Origin: a virus
Lineage: Duplodnaviria; Caudoviricetes
Length of the DNA stretch: 37,263 nucleotides
IMG/VR virus record: IMGVR_UViG_3300034109_000079
Coordinates: 1 to 37,263 of that record
Strand: one strand, 5' to 3'
The position numbers and the translations under genes are program-made. Position 1 is the stretch's first letter. Every line of letters begins with the position of its first letter. This document shows positions 17,069 through 23,641 of this stretch, one piece after another. Under the pieces are notes generated by a model. That model was not told the origin of the DNA. It saw only the letters and a list, made by a program, of their open reading frames with translations, and searched no databases.

Positions 17069-17089
17069 CATAAATATTTCTATCAAGAA

Positions 17090-17380
17090 TCATTCCTCAA
17101 TAGTTTCCGAACAGGCAATCCTTACCGCTTTAATCGCAGCCTGTGGGTTAGACACTACCGCTACCTGACCTTTCCAGACTGAGTGCCAGATAACCTGATC
17201 CGGTGTCAGCTTGGCTTTCTCGTCTTTCTTTATTTCTAACAAAATGTTTTTGCCCCTGTAGCCCACCAGAATATCTGGGCATCCTTGACCGACTCCGTGT
17301 AAGTGCTGGACATCCATGCCTACTCTACGGAGTTCCTTAACGATCTGCGTCTGCGTAGAATCCACTCGCTTAAATACCAC
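17090..17380 (-). CDS. VRR-NUC/PD-(D/E)xK nuclease (resolvase-like)
   Basis: GCPDILVGYRG...LLEIK...KLTPDQVIWH. Confidence 0.85.
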   Translation of the reverse strand: MVFKRVDSTQTQIVKELRRVGMDVQHLHGVGQGCPDILVGYRGKNILLEIKKDEKAKLTPDQVIWHSVWKGQVAVVSNPQAAIKAVRIACSETIEE

Positions 17381-17576
17381 GCCAATCCCCTTTCTTGCCT
17401 CGGTTGCCTAAGCCCCATTGCTGTTTACAGTCAGCCTCTAGCTGGTCAGCAGCTTCATGCCCACGTTTCTGCCTAACAACACTCAGGTACTTTAATGCTG
17501 AATCCCTGTCTGCTGCTCTCCATGCTAGTACCTGCCTAACCTCACATCGATGTCTTTCAGTCTCTAAAACGTCCAT
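17370..17576 (-). CDS. 68-aa hypothetical protein
   Basis: MDVLETERHRCEVRQVL...QWGLGNRG; likely start 17576, overlapping the helicase end. Confidence 0.65.
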   Translation of the reverse strand: MDVLETERHRCEVRQVLAWRAADRDSALKYLSVVRQKRGHEAADQLEADCKQQWGLGNRGKKGDWRGI

Positions 17577-18558
17577 TGTTGTCAAAGTCCATAGGTCTTG
17601 ATCCTGCCGATTCCACAAACTGCTGACTCGCTGCGTGATACCAGAGTTGATACCACTCCTGAGCCTCTCCGTTACGCTGCTTCTCATTCATTAAGAACGT
17701 ATCGCCCTGAGACTCGTCCACAGTCTCGCCACGATTTCTCTGGTTTTCCTTCTTTTTGTTGCGCCACACAAGAAAGACGTTATCAACCTGATCGCTAATG
17801 GAACCAGAGCCTTTTAGGTCGTTCTTATTCGGCGTAACCTCGTCTGAAGCCTGTTTCCGAATATGGTGGACTAGGTGAATATGGACGTTATGATCTCTAG
17901 CCAATGCCGTTAGCTCATCGATAAAGCCCTTCTGACCGTTGAAATCGTCCTCGTTCTTGACGCACTTCATCAGGCTATCGATAAAGATATGCTGGACTCC
18001 TAGTTCCATCGCGCAATACCTCGCCATAGCTATAACTTTGTCCGGGCTAGTCGTTCCCTGCTGGTCGTAAAGATAAAGATGGTCAACTGTAAACTTATCC
18101 ATCCGAGTCAGAATCTTCGTGATGTAAGCCTCTCGGTCTGATACCAGCGGATCGTCAATAAATTCCCCAGAGAACTGCCTCAACATCCTCTCTAGCGTCT
18201 TAATCGGCTTCATCTCGAACGACGCTATACAGACCTTCTGGCTCTGCTTCACTAGGTGCAAAGCTATTTGTCCTGTCAACAGCGACTTACCACCACCGTT
18301 AGAACCTGCGTAAACCGTTACCTCTCCCGGTCTGAACGCAAAGGAATCGTGAGTCTTGCTCCACGGTAATACAATTTTTGTATCTCTAGCGGTACTTAGA
18401 TAGCTTTCCTTAATATCATCGAGGAAGTCTCTAGCCTGTTTGACCTTCAGCGTTACATCGTTTGAATGTAGATACTTCTCTACATCGATAGAATCACTCT
18501 TGATAATTCGCAGTCTCCTAGCCTCGTCTAATTCTGCTGCTCTTTGCTCAAGACTCAT
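17557..18558 (-). CDS. SF4 (DnaB/T7 gp4-like) replicative helicase
   Basis: RPGEVTVYAGSNGGGKS Walker A, ASFEM, IFIDSL Walker B, LVHHIRK, DLKGSGSISDQVDN, KQRNGE; start 18558 after GGAGG. Confidence 0.92.
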   Translation of the reverse strand: MSLEQRAAELDEARRLRIIKSDSIDVEKYLHSNDVTLKVKQARDFLDDIKESYLSTARDTKIVLPWSKTHDSFAFRPGEVTVYAGSNGGGKSLLTGQIALHLVKQSQKVCIASFEMKPIKTLERMLRQFSGEFIDDPLVSDREAYITKILTRMDKFTVDHLYLYDQQGTTSPDKVIAMARYCAMELGVQHIFIDSLMKCVKNEDDFNGQKGFIDELTALARDHNVHIHLVHHIRKQASDEVTPNKNDLKGSGSISDQVDNVFLVWRNKKKENQRNRGETVDESQGDTFLMNEKQRNGEAQEWYQLWYHAASQQFVESAGSRPMDFDNNGRFRD

Positions 18559-18739
18559 TCTTAGCCTCCCGTCGTAGTTTCCTGATCTCTGCAATCAGGT
18601 TCTTGTGGTAAATGTGCATCTTGTGAAGATGTCTAGCGTACTCCGTTAGCCCTAGTCCTTGTAACCTTTCGACCATATCAGGCGTATCCTCAAACCACAC
18701 CATCCGATTCAGCACATCGATTTCTTTTGGCTTCTTCAT
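18548..18739 (-). CDS. 63-aa hypothetical protein
   Basis: MKKPKEIDVL...; GGAGGAG RBS. Confidence 0.7.
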   Translation of the reverse strand: MKKPKEIDVLNRMVWFEDTPDMVERLQGLGLTEYARHLHKMHIYHKNLIAEIRKLRREAKNES

Positions 18740-18854
18740 TTCTTGTCTCCTCCTTAACGACTTCAACTAACCGCTGGATTCCAAAGACACTAGCTACCCA
18801 GAACCCCGGTGTTACCTCGCTAAAGCCTAACTCAATCAATCTGGCTTCAGTCAT
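18690..18854 (-). CDS. 54-aa hypothetical protein (not in ORF track)
   Basis: MTEARLIELGFSEVTPGFWVASVFGIQRLVEVVKEE...; GAGG RBS; overlaps the upstream stop codon. Confidence 0.55.
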   Translation of the reverse strand: MTEARLIELGFSEVTPGFWVASVFGIQRLVEVVKEETRNEEAKRNRCAESDGVV

Positions 18855-19053
18855 CTTTCCTCGCTTCCATCATGGCATCGGCAATCGCATAAGCCATATC
18901 TGCTTGCTCATAAGCATCCCAAGCAAGATCACTCTCAAAGTTCATCGCTAGTGACTGAATGACCATACCTGCGAACCAATCTCGTAAGTCCATACCGTCC
19001 TGAGTCGTTATGTGACCGTTATCCGCTAGTGTCGGAAATGCTTTCATCCTCAT
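18847..19053 (-). CDS. Small phage protein with GMxLRDxFA motif
   Basis: KAFP...GMDLRDWFAG...AYAIADAMMEAR. Confidence 0.8.
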   Translation of the reverse strand: MRMKAFPTLADNGHITTQDGMDLRDWFAGMVIQSLAMNFESDLAWDAYEQADMAYAIADAMMEARKDD

Positions 19054-19061
19054 GTTTCCTC

Positions 19062-19478
19062 CTATAAATAACTTACTGCTTCGTTAATTCGCGTAAAAGC
19101 CGTTTTAAGCCGTTTTTTATCACCGTCTGATACCTGCCTACCCTCAGCCATATCAAACGCCGCTATGGACGTAATAAGTGCCTCAAATTGGATTATTTTC
19201 ATTAGGTCTGTGGCATAGAACGGTCTACGGACTGGTTTATTCGTATCGCTAGGCATAAAAGATTGATCTTTAGGAAACAGATCAGTCAAGTTCATGCCGA
19301 CTGCGCTAACCACTTCGTAAGCCGAACAGCCAGCAAAGCACTTCAGCAGAATCCTGCCATCGTCAGTCTCGGTAATCGCTAGGCTAGGACGCTTATCCTC
19401 ATGCGCTGGACAACAGGCTACCCAATGACCACGCTTACCTTGAACCTTATCCAGCTTGTTTAAGAAATCGCCGATCAT
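19062..19478 (-). CDS. Stand-alone CHC2 (primase-type) zinc-finger protein
   Basis: CCPAHEDKRPSL...LLKCFAGC; no TOPRIM domain follows. Confidence 0.85.
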   Translation of the reverse strand: MIGDFLNKLDKVQGKRGHWVACCPAHEDKRPSLAITETDDGRILLKCFAGCSAYEVVSAVGMNLTDLFPKDQSFMPSDTNKPVRRPFYATDLMKIIQFEALITSIAAFDMAEGRQVSDGDKKRLKTAFTRINEAVSYL

Positions 19479-20125
19479 AGGGGTATCCTCGCAAAAGGTT
19501 GATGCGGTGTACTGGTGACCTTGACCTCATCTTCCCAACGCTTACCGTTAAGCCATGACGCTGGATGAGGAATGAATTGTTCTTCTTTAGCGGATAGATT
19601 CTGCTTGGAAATTGCTGAGATGATTGTTTTCGTTAGTTCATCATCAGGCTTAATTTTTATCCAAGCCTTAAGCGCATTAGGCTTTGATACCTTCCTAGGA
19701 TAGTGTTTCCAGAATTCATCAAATCGATCAATATATTCTTTATTAATTTGGTTATTGGTTATTGGTTTATGGTTATTGGTTGGTTGAACGTCCGTTGAAC
19801 GGATGTTGTTCCGACGTTCAGCAGACGCTTTACCTGCGTTACTAGCTTGCTGTCTTTTCGCTTGGAAATGCTTGATTTCCTTATCAACTCGCTGATGAAA
19901 CCAACCCTCATCAGTTAACGTAAAGAACTCCTCTAAGACCGCTTTGACCTCAGTTTCGTACTCACGCATGTTGATCTGTCGTGCAACGGACGTTATACCG
20001 ACGCTTAACGGATGTTCTTGGAGGTAGTAGGCATCTAGAAGTCGACGATAAGCCAAGTCCTCTATGTTGGTTAAATGCCTTGTGTGACTTGCATAATCTC
20101 CAATGTTGAATTGGTAGTAGTGCAT
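19475..20125 (-). CDS. DUF1376/YdaU-family replication initiator
   Basis: MHYYQFNIGDYASHTRHL...AYRRLLDAYY; C-terminal FDEFWKHYPRK...PHPASWLNGKRWEDE; start ATG 20125. Confidence 0.88.
   Translation of the reverse strand: MHYYQFNIGDYASHTRHLTNIEDLAYRRLLDAYYLQEHPLSVGITSVARQINMREYETEVKAVLEEFFTLTDEGWFHQRVDKEIKHFQAKRQQASNAGKASAERRNNIRSTDVQPTNNHKPITNNQINKEYIDRFDEFWKHYPRKVSKPNALKAWIKIKPDDELTKTIISAISKQNLSAKEEQFIPHPASWLNGKRWEDEVKVTSTPHQPFARIPL
19748..19801. repeat. Iteron-like short repeats inside the initiator gene (candidate origin)
   Basis: About five tandem TTGGTTA-like units, then GTTGAACG twice, next to an AT-rich tract. Confidence 0.55.
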
Positions 20126-20138
20126 AGCTTTTTCCAAT

Positions 20139-20241
20139 AAAAAAGCCCTAGGAGAGACTCTCACCGATTAAGGTGTTGGCGGACTGGCACGTACCAGCAG
20201 AGTCCCTTCTAGGGCTTACGTGAACACGCCGCCAAGCGTGT
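20139..20241 (-). ncRNA. c4-like three-way-junction RNA with complementary upstream hairpin loop and U-tract (copy B), leader of the initiator gene
   Basis: 19-bp stem (17 WC, 1 GU, 1 mismatch) enclosing two hairpins and CCGCCAA; upstream ACACGC-TTGGCG-GCGTGT; T6 ends 13 nt before the ATG. Confidence 0.7.
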
Positions 20242-20245
20242 GCAA

Positions 20246-20274
20246 ATCATACCTTCGGCTTTCTACGTTCGCAA
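20246..20274 (-). promoter_or_regulatory. Sigma70-like promoter for the replication operon
   Basis: TTGCGA-17 nt-TATGAT immediately before RNA element copy B. Confidence 0.72.
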
Positions 20275-20420
20275 GTCCGACAAACATCGCTATCCTTGAA
20301 CTGCGCTAACGATCTTGTCTTTTTGCAAACAGAGCAAAGCCGAGTACTAAAGTTATAAATCGTTTCCGTTCCAAGTGAACCGGACTTTCGATGCAAGGGT
20401 TTTAATGGGTCTGTTGCCAA
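20247..20420 (-). CDS. 57-aa zinc-finger protein, TTG start (not in ORF track)
   Basis: LATDPLKPLHRKSGSLGTETIYNFSTRLCSVCKKTRSLAQFKDSDVCRTCERRKPKV; two CxxC; GAGGA upstream. Confidence 0.55.
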   Translation of the reverse strand: MATDPLKPLHRKSGSLGTETIYNFSTRLCSVCKKTRSLAQFKDSDVCRTCERRKPKV

Positions 20421-20535
20421 TCGGCTGTCCTCTAGGTGAAGTCTTAGGCAGAAATCTTTGTACTTCTTGTTTAGGTTGCTCTTTTGGTAAGTCTTTTTTC
20501 TTAACCATAATTGTGCCAGAGTTAGGATGTTTCAT
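20353..20535 (-). CDS. Small basic hypothetical protein (start uncertain)
   Basis: First ORF of the leftward unit; weak RBS. Confidence 0.45.
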   Translation of the reverse strand: MKHPNSGTIMVKKKDLPKEQPKQEVQRFLPKTSPRGQPIGNRPIKTLASKVRFTWNGNDL

Positions 20536-20610
20536 AATAGAATGTTTCTATTGAGATACGGATTCCTAATAGAAATGTTTTTACACACAAATGTTGAATC
20601 GGTTTAGTAT
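20536..20610. promoter_or_regulatory. Divergent control region with operator-like palindrome and rightward promoter
   Basis: AATAGAA-TGT-TTCTATT (20536-20552), AATAGAAATGTTT (20568-20580), TTACAC-18 nt-TAGTAT; transcription diverges here. Confidence 0.55.
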
Positions 20611-20637
20611 TTCGGAACCGCAACTAGGAGATTAGAT

Positions 20638-20970
20638 ATGGACAAGCAAGGTTACGAGCAGTTCTTAATCGGGACGCTACAAGATGGCTTTCCCGGTGAG
20701 TTGACTGCTTGCTTCAAAGATACAGTAACACAGTCGCGTGAGGAACGATTAGAGCAAGAGCTTTGCATCCTCCTAGAGATTTGCGCTGTGTTCCAGTCCG
20801 ATCAGGTCAAGCTGCAAGCGGCTATTCGTCGCAACATGGTCGGTATCGTCAACAGACTGGTTAAAGAATCCACACTCCCTGAGTACGTTGAGACTCAGGA
20901 AGATCGTGATAGAGATCGTGGTGACTGGCTCTATCAAGAAATGAAAGACAGAGAGGCAGAAGGAAGATGA
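20638..20970 (+). CDS. Hypothetical early protein
   Basis: TAGGAG RBS, 110 aa. Confidence 0.8.
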   Translation: MDKQGYEQFLIGTLQDGFPGELTACFKDTVTQSREERLEQELCILLEICAVFQSDQVKLQAAIRRNMVGIVNRLVKESTLPEYVETQEDRDRDRGDWLYQEMKDREAEGR

Positions 20971-21167
20971 ATCCTAGTCAAGCAGAAATATCTAACTGGC
21001 AGCTTGCTGAGATCGTCTATTCCATGCGCCTGTTGATAGATAGATTAGAACGTCGTTCAGCGTCAGATGCTGATAAAGAGATTGTATTCATGGCTTATAG
21101 AGCGTTACAGAACGCGCCAGATGCAGTCATTCAACTCGTAGACGAATTAGAAAGAGGCAACCAATGA
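20967..21167 (+). CDS. Hypothetical protein
   Basis: ATGA-coupled, 66 aa. Confidence 0.75.
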   Translation: MNPSQAEISNWQLAEIVYSMRLLIDRLERRSASDADKEIVFMAYRALQNAPDAVIQLVDELERGNQ

Positions 21168-21277
21168 GAAAACTCTTTAACCCAGACGATAAACTGGCTG
21201 ACTTTATCGACCGTCATGCAGGTGCTGTGATAGCGTGTATGCTGTTACTTGCGTTACTTATGGACAGCTTCGCATGA
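21164..21277 (+). CDS. 37-aa protein with hydrophobic C-terminal helix (not in ORF track)
   Basis: MRKLFNPDDKLADFIDRHAGAVIACMLLLALLMDSFA; ATGA overlaps at both ends; GAGG RBS. Confidence 0.7.
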   Translation: MRKLFNPDDKLADFIDRHAGAVIACMLLLALLMDSFA

Positions 21278-21456
21278 AAAAGGTATTCCCATCAATTCTA
21301 GACAAGAATTTCAAATATGTTCCTTCAGGCAAAACGAACATTCGCAAGACTTTTGACAGGATTCGCAAAGAGCAAAAGGAGGCTACAACGGTACAAACTA
21401 CTACGCAAACACAATCTCACAATATCATCTTCAATAAGAAATTCGCTAAGGGATAA
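21274..21456 (+). CDS. 60-aa basic hypothetical protein
   Basis: MKKVFPSILDKNFKYVPSGKTNIRKTFDRIRKE; start 21274 by ATGA coupling. Confidence 0.72.
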   Translation: MKKVFPSILDKNFKYVPSGKTNIRKTFDRIRKEQKEATTVQTTTQTQSHNIIFNKKFAKG

Positions 21457-21461
21457 ATAAT

Positions 21462-22082
21462 ATGACTATGAATGTTTACCAGAAACTACAGTTAGCTCGT
21501 GTCAAGCTACAGAACGTAGAGCTAAAGAAGTCTGGTCACAATAAATTTGCTGGCTATCGTTACTTTGAGCTTGCTGACTTCCTTCCTACAGTCAACAGTA
21601 TCTTTAACGAAGTAGGTCTGTCGCATACGCTAGAGTTCACCGATACCCTAGCCACTATGAACGTAATCGACTTTGAGAAGGGTGGAATTGCTAAGTTCAC
21701 TTGCCCTATGGCTAGTGCTGAACTCAAAGGCTGTCATCCAGTCCAGAACCTCGGAGCATCGATAACGTATATCACTCGTTACCTGCTGGTTATGGCTCTA
21801 GCTATCTGTGAGCATGATGCCCTAGATGCGACAACTGGTGCTGATGATCCTAAGTCTGCCAAGCCTATCACTAAATCTGTATTCGATACGCTAGACGAAC
21901 AATCTCAAACTGAGATTAAGAGCTATGCAGCCGATGTCATTATGCTGATCCACAAGGAAAAAGTAGGTGAGGCTGTCGAGTACATTAATTCTCTGGAGCT
22001 AGATGCGGACTGGAAAACAGCCCTCTGGAGCCAGTTGGATAGCAAGCAACGATCAGCAATTAAAAAATTCGCTCAAGGATAA
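21462..22082 (+). CDS. ERF-family single-strand annealing protein
   Basis: KKSGHNKFAGYRYFELADFLP...QNLGASITYITRYLL..AL.I...DALD (ERF signature). Confidence 0.88.
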   Translation: MTMNVYQKLQLARVKLQNVELKKSGHNKFAGYRYFELADFLPTVNSIFNEVGLSHTLEFTDTLATMNVIDFEKGGIAKFTCPMASAELKGCHPVQNLGASITYITRYLLVMALAICEHDALDATTGADDPKSAKPITKSVFDTLDEQSQTEIKSYAADVIMLIHKEKVGEAVEYINSLELDADWKTALWSQLDSKQRSAIKKFAQG

Positions 22083-22084
22083 TC

Positions 22085-22342
22085 ATGGAATACGACAATA
22101 CTAATCGCGGTACGCTAGGTAAGAACGCTAACAAGAAGTCTGACAGTCATCCTGACTACTCTGGTCAGTTGAATATTGACGGAGTTGACTATTGGCTCTC
22201 AGGATGGCTCAAAGAGTCCAAGAAGGACGGTAGCAAGTTCTTTAGCCTAGCGGTTAAGCCTAAAGACTCTAAGCCCTCTAAAGCCCGTCAAAAGCCTGTA
22301 GATGACTTTAGAGATGATGATCTGGCAGATGCCCCATTTTGA
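22085..22342 (+). CDS. Small SSB-like protein
   Basis: PDYSGQLNIDGVDYWLSGW...FFSL; acidic tail ending DDDLADAPF; next to ERF. Confidence 0.75.
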   Translation: MEYDNTNRGTLGKNANKKSDSHPDYSGQLNIDGVDYWLSGWLKESKKDGSKFFSLAVKPKDSKPSKARQKPVDDFRDDDLADAPF

Positions 22343-22352
22343 CGGAGGAGCT

Positions 22353-22499
22353 ATGAAATACTTAGTCGGTCTATTTCTAGCCTGTGTCGCAACATTGGCA
22401 TGGGCTAATTGCAGTACCCATAGTTATTACTATAACGGCAGATATGTAACGTGCCAAACCTGTTGCTATGGTGGCAACTGCAATACGAACTGTTATTGA
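22353..22499 (+). CDS. 48-aa secreted Cys-rich peptide
   Basis: GGAGGAG RBS; signal peptide MKYLVGLFLACVATLAWA (AxA site), then 30 aa with six Cys. Confidence 0.78.
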   Translation: MKYLVGLFLACVATLAWANCSTHSYYYNGRYVTCQTCCYGGNCNTNCY

Positions 22500-22503
22500 T
22501 TAA

Positions 22504-22752
22504 TGGGCGAAAGCTAATGAGCTACCGGAAATCACCACCGGACGAGAGAGGCATTAGTGAGTAGCCCACCCTAATGAAGGAAAGCGGATGCTAGTTTGTC
22601 GATTAATAAATCGTCAAGGATAGAGCTAGTGCAGCGAGTACTTCACCCGCCTAGCTGGTAGTGGCGGTAGTAACTCCAGCAGCATACGCAATGTCTCCTT
22701 TACGTCTTGCTCCCTTTCATTGTGAGTATGCTGACAGCCCGGAAAGACGGGC
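22504..22752 (+). ncRNA. Array of structured RNA modules (two bulged-G hairpins, pseudoknot, anti-SD loop hairpin, boxB-like hairpin)
   Basis: Gap without a credible ORF, almost fully tiled by stems; G-U pairs fall on the plus strand. Confidence 0.68.
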
Positions 22753-22771
22753 ATAACTAACCGAGGAACCC

Positions 22772-22963
22772 ATGAAATTACTAGACTTTCTGAAATCGAA
22801 ATTCGACATTAAGAATGATCGTCAACTAGCCCTAGCTCTAGGTGTACAAGCACCAGCTATCAGCAAGATTCGTAACGGTCATTCATCCATTACGGCTGAC
22901 TTTATCCTGAAGGTGCATGAGACTTTCGAGATTCCAGTTAAGGACATTAAGGCTTTGATATGA
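22772..22963 (+). CDS. XRE/Cro-like HTH protein
   Basis: KNDRQLALALGVQAPAISKIRNG; GAGG RBS. Confidence 0.85.
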   Translation: MKLLDFLKSKFDIKNDRQLALALGVQAPAISKIRNGHSSITADFILKVHETFEIPVKDIKALI

Positions 22964-23268
22964 GCTACGAACAGACTGAACTACAGGTAGTAATGTGGGG
23001 TGAGAAACGAGGAATCATCCAGAACTCAGACAGCAAGACGCAGCTTCTCAAGGCTTTTAGCGAGATGGGAGAACTAGCAGATGCGATTACCAAACGAGAC
23101 CGTGACGCAGTTATCGATGGACTTGGGGATGTTCTTGTATGCCTCACTATGGTTGCTGCTATTGAAGATGTCGATCTGAAACAATGCTTCCTGTCAGCCT
23201 ACGAAGAAATCAAGGATAGAAAGGGTTATTTGAATCGTGAAGGCGTTTTCGTCAAAGATTCACCCTAA
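22960..23268 (+). CDS. MazG-like NTP pyrophosphohydrolase
   Basis: QLLKAFSEMGELADA...DGLGDVLV...AYEEIKDRKG...GVFVK. Confidence 0.88.
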   Translation: MSYEQTELQVVMWGEKRGIIQNSDSKTQLLKAFSEMGELADAITKRDRDAVIDGLGDVLVCLTMVAAIEDVDLKQCFLSAYEEIKDRKGYLNREGVFVKDSP

Positions 23269-23641
23269 AGCACAGTCTAGGCTGGACTCTATCCTAGCGA
23301 TACTTGCAGAAAAGTCTTTAACTAAGAAAGAACTAGCGGAAGCCTTACAAATCAATAGCAGGTCAACGCAGCACTATGTGACGTATCTCCGCAATCAGCA
23401 GATGATCTACGTTAGCCATTGGAAACGGACGGATCATAAGGCTACGCAATACTTTAAGGCTGGCAATAAGAAGGATGCGCTACAGCCTAAAGCATTAACG
23501 TCAGGAGAACGAGCAAAGCGTTATAGGCAGCGTATGGATGATGAGAAACGAGAGTTTCGACTAGCTGCTCGTAGAGCTAGGAGATGGGCTGATAAGTGGT
23601 CTAAAGTAGCACCTCCTGAAACATTTTGGATTAGAGCATGA
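23237..23641 (+). CDS. Winged-HTH DNA-binding protein with Arg-rich C-terminus
   Basis: LTKKELAEALQINSRSTQHYVTYL...IYVSHWKR. Confidence 0.72.
   Translation: MKAFSSKIHPKAQSRLDSILAILAEKSLTKKELAEALQINSRSTQHYVTYLRNQQMIYVSHWKRTDHKATQYFKAGNKKDALQPKALTSGERAKRYRQRMDDEKREFRLAARRARRWADKWSKVAPPETFWIRA

Noticed and set aside
22504-22752. tRNA genes or a CRISPR mini-array
   Set aside because: No T-loop/D-loop cloverleaf and no identical direct repeats with spacers; similarity between modules is structural only.
22772-22963. CI-type lysogeny repressor
   Set aside because: Only 63 aa with no S24 peptidase domain, not at the divergent region, and no integrase or att context is evident.
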